Assembly (NCBI GenBank): GCA_040390065.1 | Contig: JAZJZE010000003.1 | Span: forward strand, 30,239 to 94,238 | From: a bacterium | GTDB taxonomy: Archaea > Thermoplasmatota > E2 > JACPAO01 > JAHFTW01 | Reading direction: 5' to 3' | Length of the DNA: 64,000 bases | Shown: in pieces, positions 10,088 through 19,914 of the stretch | How positions within the stretch are numbered: the stretch's first letter is position 1 | Layout: the number at the start of each line of letters is the position of its first letter | Notes under the pieces: model-generated | Told to the model about the DNA's origin: nothing | The model's database searches: none | What the model saw: only the letters and a program-made list of their open reading frames with translations | Position numbers and translations under genes: made by a program

Positions 10088-10153
10088 GGAAGTTCCTAGT
10101 CTGGCCCCTTTCATGAACCCTTCGCACCGGCCGGCGCGGCCGCGCGGTGTGGG

Positions 10154-11038
10154 TTACGAAACGGGACCGGGCGGGGCCGCCGCAATAGGGCTGGCGCGCC
10201 AAAGGAGGGCAGCCCCCACGAGCAGAAGGAGGAATGCCACGGCGTGCAGCCAGCCCAAGGTCTCGTGCAAGAGAGCAGCCCCACCGAGCGCTCCAATGGT
10301 CGCCGTGGTCGCGATGTTCATGGCGCTCGTCCGGGCGGCGCCGACGCGTTGCAGCGCCGTGTAGAACAGCAGCGAGCTGCACGCAATCGACACCACGCCG
10401 AGGCCAGCCATCTCGAGTGCGGGCGTCGTGGTGGGCAGCGGGGGGCGAAGCGCCGCGATGGCCAGGAGGGCGCACGTCGCCCCGATGACCCCTTTCACGG
10501 CCACGAGTTGCGGCACGCGGTACGTCCCGACGAGGCTGGCACTCACGGCGTTGTCGATGCCCCACGATACGGCCGCGGCAAGCACGAGCGCGGCGCCGCG
10601 CAGCGTCGTCGCCGAAGCACCCTGCCCGGAGGCGAGCGCCACGGCACCCGCGGTGGCCAGCAGGAAAAGCAAGCCCAACGTGTCGCGGCCCGTGAAGCGC
10701 TCATGCAGGAACGCGAAGGCCAACGCGGCCGTGGCGACCATCTCGAGCGTGAGAAGCAGCCCGGCATCCGTCGCGGCCGTCTCCTGCAGGCCGAAGAACA
10801 GGAGCACGGGAGCGAGACCGCCGCCAAAGAAGCCCATGGCGAGGACCTTGCCGCGGTCGGCGCGCGCGATGCGCAGGCCGCGCAGGAACGGCGACAGGAA
10901 GGCCGCGGACGCCGCGTACAGCAACGCGGTCTTCCATGCGGCGTGCATGTCCAGCGGTTTGGCAAGCACGTTGACCGAGCCGTACAGGATGCCGGATCCG
11001 GCGCCCATCACGAGGCCTGAGAGGCGCCGGCCCTGCAC
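10154..11038 (-). CDS. EamA/DMT family transporter
   Basis: About 10 TM segments in two EamA repeats; FLHERF and LLHETL motifs. Confidence 0.9.
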   Translation of the reverse strand: MQGRRLSGLVMGAGSGILYGSVNVLAKPLDMHAAWKTALLYAASAAFLSPFLRGLRIARADRGKVLAMGFFGGGLAPVLLFFGLQETAATDAGLLLTLEMVATAALAFAFLHERFTGRDTLGLLFLLATAGAVALASGQGASATTLRGAALVLAAAVSWGIDNAVSASLVGTYRVPQLVAVKGVIGATCALLAIAALRPPLPTTTPALEMAGLGVVSIACSSLLFYTALQRVGAARTSAMNIATTATIGALGGAALLHETLGWLHAVAFLLLLVGAALLWRASPIAAAPPGPVS

Positions 11039-11105
11039 GATTGGCGGACCCGCCTCGGCGGTATCAACCCACTGCTAGGCCACCCGGGACGTGATGCGAC
11101 GACCT

Positions 11106-11801
11106 CTAGAGCCGTGCGACCTGGCCGCCCACGGCCGTCTTGACTTCCTGGGTGAGCGACACGACGTCGTCCATGAGCTTCCCTGTCTGCTCTTGCGCTT
11201 GCGGGCAGCCGCTTGCCGCGCCGCCGGACTGGATGCAGTCGAGCAGCGAGTCGGTCGTCGTCACGGTGTCCTGGAACACTTGCTGGACCTTCGCATGCAA
11301 GGGTTGCAGGGTGCCCGGTGGCAGGATGCGACGGCTCTCGTTCAACGCCGCCCGTGCCGCTTCCCTTGCGCCCGCCAGGTTGACGACGACGCCGTCCGGG
11401 TCGTTCTGCACGGCGCTGCAGGCGACACCGCTGAAGGACAGCGAGATGCTGAGAAGCGACGGCCGCACGGAGAGGTTGAGGTAGTTGTAGTACTCCCACT
11501 CGTTGTGGATGTTGATGATCGTCCCGGGGCGCGACGCGTACATGCCAGGGTACGGGCCGACCTCGTAGACGGACGTGTTCGAGGAGCCGCGCGGGACCAG
11601 CAGGAGGACGGCGGCCAGGAGCGCCGCGACGATGGCAAGAGCCACGATGGTGGCAAGTGCGGGATGCTCATGGTGCCAGGGTGCGCGGGAGGGCGGGGCT
11701 GGAGGCGTCGGAGGTCGCGCAGGCGGCGGGAACATGGAGCCCATGGGGCGGGGCGCCGGCAGGGCCGGTCGGGCTGGCTTGACGTGCGGGTCTGGAGCCA
11801 T
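11106..11801 (-). CDS. Hypothetical membrane protein with Pro-rich N-terminus
   Basis: Pro-rich head, one TM, helical C-terminal domain with Cys residues. Confidence 0.65.
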   Translation of the reverse strand: MAPDPHVKPARPALPAPRPMGSMFPPPARPPTPPAPPSRAPWHHEHPALATIVALAIVAALLAAVLLLVPRGSSNTSVYEVGPYPGMYASRPGTIINIHNEWEYYNYLNLSVRPSLLSISLSFSGVACSAVQNDPDGVVVNLAGAREAARAALNESRRILPPGTLQPLHAKVQQVFQDTVTTTDSLLDCIQSGGAASGCPQAQEQTGKLMDDVVSLTQEVKTAVGGQVARL

Positions 11802-11866
11802 GCGACATCATCGGCGAGACGTGATTGAGGCTTGGCCTGAGATTCGCCGCGGGCCGAACGCGGACG

Positions 11867-13525
11867 TCAGAACTTGAGGTGCGGCGCCAATGGTGCCACG
11901 ATGGCGTCGTCCTGGACGATTGCCGAGAACTCGGCCAGGCTGGCGGGGCGCTTCACCTTGATGTCAAGGGCGCGCTTGCGGCCGATGCCGGGGATCGCCT
12001 CCAGTTCCTTCATGCTGGCAGACGGGACGTGGAACGGGACGGGGATGCCGGTCAGGCTGCGGTAGCCGTGGTCGGTGACCATGATGTCAACGAAGCGGTC
12101 GATGCGCGTTTCGTACGGGATGCCGACGAGGAGGGCGTACGTTGCAATCTGGCGGCCGTACGTGATGCCGGGCTCCGTCTTCTCCAGGTAGACGTCCTTC
12201 AGGATGGTTCCCGTCGGCGCGACTTGGCGCAGGACATGGCGGTCGAACCCTTCGCGAACGGCCATCTTGTGCTTGATGAAGGTCGACTTCAGCTTCGGGT
12301 TGATGGTTTCCTTCTGGCCGCGGATTGGCAGAAGCTGGCGGATGTTGAGACGACGGATGCGCAGGCCCGACTTCTTCAGGTCCATGAGGAATTTCCAGTT
12401 GAGCTCGTACGTGAGGGCGGTCTCGCCGGGCAAGCCGTACAGGAGGTTCAGGCCGGGCAGGCAGTACGGCAAGCCGTTCGGTCCGCGCTCGCCAGACTCC
12501 TCGTTAAGGATGCGGATGGCGTCCATCGTCTGCTCCGGCGTGGCGTTGAGGTTGTTGGCCTCGAAGACCGCCGGGTCCGCCGACTCGAGCCCCATCGCCG
12601 CGATGTTGCCGTCCGTCCCGTGCTCGACGAGCAGGCGTGCGATGGCGCGGCCTTCCTCGGGGTGCGTCGCGAGGATGGCGGGATTGCAGTTGTCGATGTG
12701 CAGCACCTTGCGCTTCGGGGCCACGTCGTTGATCCCACGCAGGAGCTTCTCCGTCGCGGGCACGTTGGGCTTGGGTTCGTCCGTGAGGCCGACGCCGATG
12801 GCCTTGTACGTCCAGAAGCAGGACTGGCCGCCGAGGCGGAAATGACGGACGCCTGCCTCGTACAGCGTCTGCACTTCGCGGATGATGTCCTCCTCGTCGC
12901 GGTACCATGGCTTGGTCTTCGCGTCCTTGCAGAAGCCGCAGCCGCCCGACAGGTAGTGCACGCAGCCGAGGAAGGTGTCGATCTCCGCCATGAGGATGCC
13001 CGGCTGCATGTCCGGGTGCTGCGCCACGACGGGGGCGCCCGCCTGGGCGTGGCGGTTCCACTCATCGACGGTGCGGAAGCGGTTCACGACCGTCTTGCCC
13101 GCGAAGTGGTCGGCGATGGCCGCGTCGCCGTCGCGCGTGATGAAGTGGTCGACGTGGTCCTTCAGCGGGTTGACGCGCGTCGTGGCGTGGCCGCCGCCGT
13201 GGTCGGCAAAACCGAAGGCGGCGTTGGCGCCGAAAAGCATCGTGTCGCCGGAAAAGTCACGAAACAGTTCCGCCGTCTCGTCATGCGTGATCGGCCGCCC
13301 ACGCAGGTACTTGCCGGGCACGACGCAGGAGGACAGCACGGCCAGCATGTCGCCCTTCAGCTCGAGCGGCTTGTTGCGCAATCCGTCGATCGTGTGGTAC
13401 TCCACCTCGGCCCCCTGCGCCATGGCGGCGCCGGCGGCGTAGCGGGCTTGCGGAGAGATGTAGGGCGGAACGCCGAAGCACGACGGTTCGTCGACGTAGC
13501 CGTCGACGAGGACCAGTTTCGCCAC
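11867..13525 (-). CDS. Radical SAM protein with C-terminal TRAM-like and helix-hairpin-helix domains (COG1031-like)
   Basis: DGYVDEPSCFGVPPY N-terminus; CVHYLSGGCGFC (CX7CX2C); GLES, GLPGET; IPGIGRKRA HhH. Confidence 0.9.
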   Translation of the reverse strand: MAKLVLVDGYVDEPSCFGVPPYISPQARYAAGAAMAQGAEVEYHTIDGLRNKPLELKGDMLAVLSSCVVPGKYLRGRPITHDETAELFRDFSGDTMLFGANAAFGFADHGGGHATTRVNPLKDHVDHFITRDGDAAIADHFAGKTVVNRFRTVDEWNRHAQAGAPVVAQHPDMQPGILMAEIDTFLGCVHYLSGGCGFCKDAKTKPWYRDEEDIIREVQTLYEAGVRHFRLGGQSCFWTYKAIGVGLTDEPKPNVPATEKLLRGINDVAPKRKVLHIDNCNPAILATHPEEGRAIARLLVEHGTDGNIAAMGLESADPAVFEANNLNATPEQTMDAIRILNEESGERGPNGLPYCLPGLNLLYGLPGETALTYELNWKFLMDLKKSGLRIRRLNIRQLLPIRGQKETINPKLKSTFIKHKMAVREGFDRHVLRQVAPTGTILKDVYLEKTEPGITYGRQIATYALLVGIPYETRIDRFVDIMVTDHGYRSLTGIPVPFHVPSASMKELEAIPGIGRKRALDIKVKRPASLAEFSAIVQDDAIVAPLAPHLKF

Positions 13526-13617
13526 GTGTGGCCCTCCCATCCCAGGCATTTGAGGGTTGCCGTCGTGGCCGGCCGCCCCCGCAGCTTCATGAGGCGCCAA
13601 CCCTAGTCCGCCTTGCC

Positions 13618-14250
13618 ATGCACCTGCGCACCTGCCCGGCCTGCCAGAACCGCTTCGCCAACGACACGCGCAAGAAGGTCAAGTGCCCGCGCTGCGGCCG
13701 CGGCGTGCAGCGCCCCGGGCGCGGGCTCGTTCGGGCGGCCCACATCACGGGCTGGGTCGTCGGCTCCTTCGTCCTACTGATGGGGATGTCGGGGTTCAGC
13801 CTGGCCGACAAATGCGCCCGCGGCGAGATGCCCGACAAGGGATGCCCGACCACCACGAGCGAATTTCGCACGATGGCCATCGGTTTCAGCGTCGCAGGCG
13901 GCGCCGCCATGGCCGGTCTCCTCGCCAGCCACCTTGTGCGCGGCGCCGGCCGCTACGTCCTCGCCGTCGCCGTCGGCCTCTCCCTCGTCGCACTGCTGGT
14001 CGTCGCGGTTGGCCCAGGCCTGCTGTCGTTCACCGGCGTTGGCGTGCTCCTCATGCTGGCGTTCGCGGCGGGGTTGGCAACCTCCGGCGGCCTTGCCATC
14101 GGCTCGCAAGTCACGTGGAACAAGGCGCAACTTCCGCCGGGGGCTTTGGGCGCCTGGGCCAAGCCTGGAGTCCCGCCCGCGGGGCCGCGCCCGCCAGTCC
14201 GACCCATGCAGCGGCCCGGCCCTCCGCAGCCGCCGCGCAAGCCGTACTAA
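13618..14250 (+). CDS. Zn-ribbon membrane protein
   Basis: CPAC..CPRC ribbon, 4 TM segments, Pro-rich tail. Confidence 0.7.
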   Translation: MHLRTCPACQNRFANDTRKKVKCPRCGRGVQRPGRGLVRAAHITGWVVGSFVLLMGMSGFSLADKCARGEMPDKGCPTTTSEFRTMAIGFSVAGGAAMAGLLASHLVRGAGRYVLAVAVGLSLVALLVVAVGPGLLSFTGVGVLLMLAFAAGLATSGGLAIGSQVTWNKAQLPPGALGAWAKPGVPPAGPRPPVRPMQRPGPPQPPRKPY

Positions 14251-14294
14251 GCGCCTGCCCAACCGCCGTTGCCGAAGCGCGCTCGGTGCGCAGT

Positions 14295-14828
14295 CTAGAC
14301 TGGGGCGGTCGCCGGTGACGCGGTCCCTTGATGCTGGATTGCCGTCGTCCGGCCGACCGCCTGCAACACCTGTTCCACGGCCGCGGCTGGATTGGCGGGG
14401 TCAGCGCGGACGGTGGCATGCGGCACCCGGGCGCCGTCGATGTGCGCCTCGGCAGCCTTGAGCGCCTCGCCCCACTTGCGGCCGGGGCTCCACGGCGCGA
14501 CGTACACGAGGCTGCCGACGAACTCGCGCTCCGCACCATACCGGGTGTACAGCGTGCCGCGCTCGATGTGGATTTCATGCTCACGCGCGTCGGCGACGGG
14601 CTCGTCCAGGTTGGCGCAGTGGACGATGGCCTGGCACTCGCACATTGCGGGCTCGATCGAACCGGCCAGCTTGACCTGACCGGGAAAGCACTCGACGCCC
14701 GCGACGCCGTGGAACGGGTCTTGCCCCGGCGCGACGCCGAAGGCCCGCACCTTGTGCCCCGCCGCGGCGAGGCCGGCGACCACGGCGCGGCCGAACGGGT
14801 TCAAGGCACCGGTGACGAGGACTCGCAT
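14295..14828 (-). CDS. NAD(P)-binding epimerase/atypical SDR family protein
   Basis: MRVLVTGALNPFG Rossmann start; AIVHCA; short, with degenerate motifs. Confidence 0.75.
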   Translation of the reverse strand: MRVLVTGALNPFGRAVVAGLAAAGHKVRAFGVAPGQDPFHGVAGVECFPGQVKLAGSIEPAMCECQAIVHCANLDEPVADAREHEIHIERGTLYTRYGAEREFVGSLVYVAPWSPGRKWGEALKAAEAHIDGARVPHATVRADPANPAAAVEQVLQAVGRTTAIQHQGTASPATAPV

Positions 14829-14868
14829 CGCCGCTTGCACAGGGGGGCGGGGTTTGAGGTTTGCTGGT

Positions 14869-15029
14869 GCATTCCACAGAATCGCTCCGGTCGGGCATCC
14901 ATCTTGATACCCGCAGATTGACCATGCCGGTTTGACACAACCTGCGTGTTCTGCTCCCAGTCCGTGCGATTGCAAGACGTGCAAGAGCCCACCAGGACGA
15001 TGCCTGAACTCTCGGCGGAATCTGTGGAT
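14869..15029 (+). repeat. Dispersed repeat family A, copy 1
   Basis: 14899-15029 matches the reverse complement of 42348-42478 at 127/131 nt; a 45-nt core is identical to 34524-34568; ends TCCACAGAATCGC...GCGGAATCTGTGGA are imperfect inverted repeats. Confidence 0.92.
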
Positions 15030-15124
15030 CCGTCGGGCGGCGCCTGCGCCAGCCACTCGTTCAAGCCGCCGCGCTAGACTCCTTAAGTGCGGCCCTGGGG
15101 CGTCTCGTGGTTGAGGTCTGTGCC

Positions 15125-16366
15125 ATGCGCCCAACACTCCGCAACGCAAGCATCGCAGCCGCCGTCGTCCTTCTGACGGTATGCTGCCATGCGGCCGCCA
15201 AGCCTCCCGGCCCCGCTCCTGGAACGGACCCCGTCCACTACGCCCTCGGATACGCCCAAGGACAAGCGGGGCAAGCCACGGCCGACCCAGCCGGATACGC
15301 ACAACAGCAAGCCACCCCCGAAGGGGTCGCCAACCAGACCGGCCAGGCGGGCTACATCGCCTGCTGGGAAGCCTACGAGGCCACCGGCCAGGACGCCCTC
15401 GGCGCGGTCTGCGACGGCTACTTCACGCCTCCCGGTGACGTCCAAGCCCCACCCCAGCCCGCCGAGAAGCAGAACGACACGGCGACGCAGGCAATCGCGA
15501 ACGTCACCGACGGCGTGAAGGAACTGGCGAACACCACCCTCGACGCCGCGCAGAAGATCGTGCAGGACCCGGCCAACGCAACCTCGCAGCTCGACCGCAT
15601 CGTGCGCGCCATCCAGGACTTCCTTGGTAGCCTGGCAACGACCGTGACGGACACCCTCTCCGCCATCCTCGGTGGTTTCGGCGACGTCGGCAAAGTCCTT
15701 GCGCGTACCATCACGGGCGCGGTCAAGTTCGTCCTCGGGCTGCTCGGTGGCCTCGGCCTTGGCATCGGCAAAGGCGCAAGCCTCGGCCTCGACGCCCTCG
15801 TCGCGTCGGCACGCGGCATCGCCGACGGTGTCGTCAACACGTCCAACGCCCTCGGCTCCGCCGCCCAGATCGTCGGCAACGCCGTCTCGACGGCCGTCGG
15901 CGCAGTGGCGAGCACGCTCGCCAACGCGGCTTCCGCGATTGGCGCCGCAGGCAACGCGGTCGGCCAGGCCATCGGCAAAGGCGCCGCGGCCACGGGCGAC
16001 GGCTTCGTCGGCGCGACCCGCGCCTCGCTCGACGGACTCGGCGCCGCCGGCAAGGCCGCAAGCGGCGCGCTCGGCGCGGCGGCCAGCGCGACTCGCGACG
16101 CCTTGGGCGCGGCCGGCAAGGGGCTCGGCGACGGCGCCGCCGCCACGGCACGCGGCTTCGCCGATGGTGCGAGCTCCGCGGCCAAGGCAGTGGGCGACGG
16201 CCTCGCCGCGGCCGGCAAGGCAATCGGCGACGCCATCCACACCCTGCTGGGCGGCGGCGGCAGCGACGGCGGCTCTGCAGCCCCGAGCGCGCGGCCGACG
16301 GACCTTGCCCCCAAGCCGGACGCCTCTGGCCTCCTGGACAAGGTGACCGGAGCCCTGCCGGTCTGA
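15125..16366 (+). CDS. Secreted Ala/Gly-rich protein with 11-residue amphipathic repeats
   Basis: Signal peptide; tandem 11-mers such as GLGAAGKAASG/ALGAAASATRD/ALGAAGKGLGD/GASSAAKAVGD. Confidence 0.75.
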   Translation: MRPTLRNASIAAAVVLLTVCCHAAAKPPGPAPGTDPVHYALGYAQGQAGQATADPAGYAQQQATPEGVANQTGQAGYIACWEAYEATGQDALGAVCDGYFTPPGDVQAPPQPAEKQNDTATQAIANVTDGVKELANTTLDAAQKIVQDPANATSQLDRIVRAIQDFLGSLATTVTDTLSAILGGFGDVGKVLARTITGAVKFVLGLLGGLGLGIGKGASLGLDALVASARGIADGVVNTSNALGSAAQIVGNAVSTAVGAVASTLANAASAIGAAGNAVGQAIGKGAAATGDGFVGATRASLDGLGAAGKAASGALGAAASATRDALGAAGKGLGDGAAATARGFADGASSAAKAVGDGLAAAGKAIGDAIHTLLGGGGSDGGSAAPSARPTDLAPKPDASGLLDKVTGALPV

Positions 16367-16372
16367 GCCTGG

Positions 16373-16406
16373 TTTCCGCCTTTTCCCCTTTTTCAGTCCT
16401 TTTCTT
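16373..16406 (+). terminator. Pyrimidine/T-rich archaeal terminator candidate
   Basis: TTTCCGCCTTTTCCCCTTTTTCAGTCCTTTTCTT directly after the stop at 16366. Confidence 0.55.
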
Positions 16407-16485
16407 GGGGCGTCGTTCGTCCACCAGGAGTACACTTCGACAAACCGACCATCGTGCTTATGTGGTCGCGCCCGGCTTTCGGAGT

Positions 16486-17631
16486 GTGTTGGAGAACCAG
16501 GTGCGCCGGTGGGCCTTGCCCCTCGGGCTGCTTTCATTGCTCGTGATTGTTCCGTACGCGGCAGCCCTCTCCGGTGACTTGAGCACCGCCGAGGACGCCG
16601 GCCAAGCCCTCCTTGACCACGCCGAAAGCCGCGTGTCGCGCATCGTTGGACCGGTGCCAGATCCGCAACTCGTCCCCGGTGACGGTTCCGGGTCGTCGGG
16701 CGGACAAAGCTCGCCGCACCCTGGGACCCAGCCGGGACCTGCACACCCCGACGTCGGGGCGCTTCTCGACCGCGTGCCGGCCGATGTCGTGTCCGCGGTG
16801 CCCCCCATCGTGGCCGACAACGCCGCCGCTCTCCTCAAGACCGCGCAGGCCAAGGCCGACGAAGTCTCCCACTCCATCCCGCCCCTGCCCGGCTCCGACG
16901 CCAGCGGCGACGAGGCGCAAGCCCAGGACGCAAGCGTCACCCCGCAGTCCCAGGCGGCCATCCCCGAAGGCTCGCTCCTTGTCGCCGGCTCGATCCTCGT
17001 CGTCGGCGCGACCGCGGCGGCGGCGACCTACGTCGTCCTCTGGCTTGCGGGTTCCTCCAGCACGCTGTCGGCCGGCGCCGCGACGCCCGAACTGCGCCGG
17101 CTCCTGCCGCTTGCCAGCCCGCTCTTTACGCGCTTCGAACGCGACACGGTCCTTGGCCACCCGCGCCGCGAACAGCTCTACGCCCGCATCCTCCAGGAGC
17201 CCGGCATCTCGTTGCAGGACCTGGGACGCGCAACCGGGCTGTCGCGCACGGCCGTCGTGCACCACTTGCGCCTGCTGGAGCAGCAGCACCTCATCATCTC
17301 GCGCCGCGTCGGCCGCAGCCGCCACTACTACGAGAACGGCGGCCGGTACGGGCACGACCAGAAGGAAGCATACGCCATCCTGCGCAACGACCGCAGCAAG
17401 GCCGTCGCCGAATTCATCCGCAACCACCCCGGGACGATGCAGAAGTCGCTGTGCGAGGCCCTGTCCATCCCGCCGTCCATCGCGCACTGGCACGTCCGCC
17501 GCCTCAGCGAAGGCGGCCTCGTCGAGACCATCCGCCAGGGCCGCGCGGTCGCCTACTTCCCAGGCGCCAGCATGGCCAGCGTGGTTGCGGGCTCGCACGT
17601 CGAAATGCCGGCCGCGGCGCCGACGGCGTAG
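16486..17631 (+). CDS. Membrane-anchored transcriptional regulator with two winged-HTH domains
   Basis: Signal peptide, low-complexity ectodomain, TM, then PGISLQDL..VVHHLRLLE and PGTMQKSL..AHWHVRRL wHTH domains; start approximate. Confidence 0.85.
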   Translation: MLENQVRRWALPLGLLSLLVIVPYAAALSGDLSTAEDAGQALLDHAESRVSRIVGPVPDPQLVPGDGSGSSGGQSSPHPGTQPGPAHPDVGALLDRVPADVVSAVPPIVADNAAALLKTAQAKADEVSHSIPPLPGSDASGDEAQAQDASVTPQSQAAIPEGSLLVAGSILVVGATAAAATYVVLWLAGSSSTLSAGAATPELRRLLPLASPLFTRFERDTVLGHPRREQLYARILQEPGISLQDLGRATGLSRTAVVHHLRLLEQQHLIISRRVGRSRHYYENGGRYGHDQKEAYAILRNDRSKAVAEFIRNHPGTMQKSLCEALSIPPSIAHWHVRRLSEGGLVETIRQGRAVAYFPGASMASVVAGSHVEMPAAAPTA

Positions 17632-17637
17632 GCACGG

Positions 17638-18963
17638 CTACTCGTTGGTTTCATCGTCATCGACGACCTTGATCTGCGCGTCCTCGTCGAGGACCCAGCC
17701 GCCCCGTGGTGGCGGCGGCCGCGTCGGTGCCTTTGCCTGGCCTGGCAATGCTCGGTCGAGTCCCAGGTAGAGGCCGCGGGTCGCCTGCTCGACGACGCGC
17801 TCGGTTGCCATGACGCCTTCGGCGACCTTGGCTGCCGTCGCGGCGACGGCGCGACCGCGTGGCGTGATGGTGCGCAGGCGTCCCATGAGGCGGAATGTGC
17901 GCCACAGGCCGCGCGCCGCGTAGAACGCGATGCCGATCCAGATGCCCGCGATGAGGTACGCCATGCGATGCGCAAACAGGTAGGCCACGGCGTTCTTGTC
18001 GTCGTGCAGGAACAGGTTCTGGCCGAAGGCGACGATGGCGTACGTCGCGGCGAGGAGGATGGCGGCCCACGGCGCGGCGTTGCGGCCCCGCAGCAGAAGG
18101 TGCGTGCGCTGCAGCGTCGTGTACGAGACGTACACCCAAGTTCCCAAGAGGACGAGGTAGACGAGGAGCGTGTCCAGGCCGCCTTCGAGCGCGATGAGAT
18201 AGGATACGGCGTCCGCGAGGGCGCACGCGGCGAGGATGCCGGCGACGAACAGGTGCAGTTCGCGGATGACGAGGCCGCGCAGGTCCAGCCGGTTGACGAG
18301 GCGGATGAACCACCAGGAGGCGAGGATGGCGGACGTGATCATGGCGCCGATCCACAGTGTCGGGAGGTACAGGCCGCCGTGGCGCCACCAGACGGGCAGG
18401 GCCACGCAGACGGCGACGTCGAGGATGAGGGGAAGCGCCAGCCAACCACGCCGGCGATGGGGCAGCAACCGGTGGGCGTCGTAGATCATCTCCTCGAGCA
18501 CGAAGACGAGGTTGAAGCCGGCCAGACCGAAGATGAGGAAGGCAAGCACGCGCGCCACGACGAACAGGTCATTGACGCGGCCTCCGCCGCCGAGCCACGC
18601 CGTCGATGCGTACAAGGTGAGGACGATGGCCGCCGCGATGGCGACCGAGCGGTGGCCGAGGCCGAGCCAGTAGCCCGGCGCCGCGATGAGGAAGGTGAGG
18701 GCGCCGATGGTGGCCAGGCGTTCCGTCATCTCGGCGTAGCCAGGGCGCGCGATGGGCAGCACCGCGAGTACGGCGAGGATGGACAGCCCGACGGCGGCCA
18801 GGATGGCGATGCCGCGGTCGCGGAAGGCGTGCGCGCTGCTCAGGCGCTTGCGCAGGGCGAGCGTCGAGGCGTGGATGTCGCCCAGGAGGGTGTGGGGCTC
18901 TGCCGGATGCGGCGGCGCCGTCGCGGGCGGCTGCGGCTGCACCGGTTCCGGCGGCTCGCTCAA
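17638..18963 (-). CDS. Polytopic membrane protein, hypothetical
   Basis: About 10 hydrophobic segments; TTG start inferred about 25 nt from a CTTAAG TATA-like box. Confidence 0.75.
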   Translation of the reverse strand: MSEPPEPVQPQPPATAPPHPAEPHTLLGDIHASTLALRKRLSSAHAFRDRGIAILAAVGLSILAVLAVLPIARPGYAEMTERLATIGALTFLIAAPGYWLGLGHRSVAIAAAIVLTLYASTAWLGGGGRVNDLFVVARVLAFLIFGLAGFNLVFVLEEMIYDAHRLLPHRRRGWLALPLILDVAVCVALPVWWRHGGLYLPTLWIGAMITSAILASWWFIRLVNRLDLRGLVIRELHLFVAGILAACALADAVSYLIALEGGLDTLLVYLVLLGTWVYVSYTTLQRTHLLLRGRNAAPWAAILLAATYAIVAFGQNLFLHDDKNAVAYLFAHRMAYLIAGIWIGIAFYAARGLWRTFRLMGRLRTITPRGRAVAATAAKVAEGVMATERVVEQATRGLYLGLDRALPGQAKAPTRPPPPRGGWVLDEDAQIKVVDDDETNE

Positions 18964-19024
18964 CGGGGAGCGAAGCACGTTTGGCGGCTTAAGAACGGGG
19001 CGGATGCGCGGCCGGTGCTGCGTC

Positions 19025-19873
19025 TCAGTACGTGTAGAAGCCGCGCCCCGTCTTGCGGCCGAGGTGGCCGGCCTGGACCTTCTGCACCAGGAGCGGGCAG
19101 GGGCGGTACTTGGGGTCGCCAAATCCGTCCTGCAGGACCTTGAGGATGGCGAGGCACGTGTCGAGGCCGATGAAATCGGCAAGCGCCAGGGGCCCCATCG
19201 GGTGGTTCATGCCGAGTCTCATGATGGCGTCGATGTCCTCCGGTGTGGCAACACCTTCGTTCAGGCAGAAGATGGCCTCGTTGATCATCGGCATGAGGAC
19301 ACGGTTCGAGATGAAACCAGGGAAGTCGCGGCAGCTGTGGACTTCCTTCCCCATCTTGCGGCCAGCGTCGACCACGGCGGCGAGGGTGGCGTCGGAGGTT
19401 TCGGCGCCGCGGATGACCTCGACGAGTTTCATAAGCGGCACGGGATTCATGAAATGCATGCCGATGAAGCGGTCGGGTCGCTTGGTCGCGGCGGCGAGCA
19501 GCGTGATGGGGATGCTTGACGTGTTGGAGGCGAGGATGCAGCCCGGCCCGACGATGCCGTCCAGATCGGCAAACAGTTTGCACTTCACGTCGGCGTTCTC
19601 GACGACGGCCTCGACCACGAGGTCGCAGTCGGAGAGCGCCTGGTTGTCGGTCGACGTCGTGATGCGGGCGCGGGCGGTCTTCGCGTCTGCGTCGGCGACG
19701 ACCTTCTTCTCCACGAGTTTCGCCAGGCTTTTGTCGATGCCGGCGAGGCCCTTCTGGACGAACTCGGGCTTGAGGTCGACGAGGACGACGCGGTAGCCGG
19801 CTTGCGCGGCCACTTGGGCGATGCCGGCGCCCATCTGTCCCGCGCCGACGACGCCGACGGTCTGCACTGCCAT
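19025..19873 (-). CDS. hbd: 3-hydroxybutyryl-CoA (3-hydroxyacyl-CoA) dehydrogenase
   Basis: [52 protein letters not shown]. Confidence 0.95.
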   Translation of the reverse strand: MAVQTVGVVGAGQMGAGIAQVAAQAGYRVVLVDLKPEFVQKGLAGIDKSLAKLVEKKVVADADAKTARARITTSTDNQALSDCDLVVEAVVENADVKCKLFADLDGIVGPGCILASNTSSIPITLLAAATKRPDRFIGMHFMNPVPLMKLVEVIRGAETSDATLAAVVDAGRKMGKEVHSCRDFPGFISNRVLMPMINEAIFCLNEGVATPEDIDAIMRLGMNHPMGPLALADFIGLDTCLAILKVLQDGFGDPKYRPCPLLVQKVQAGHLGRKTGRGFYTY

Positions 19874-19914
19874 GCTCGCGGCACGCTTGCGCCGTTCAAA
19901 AAGGCCCGTGGCCG

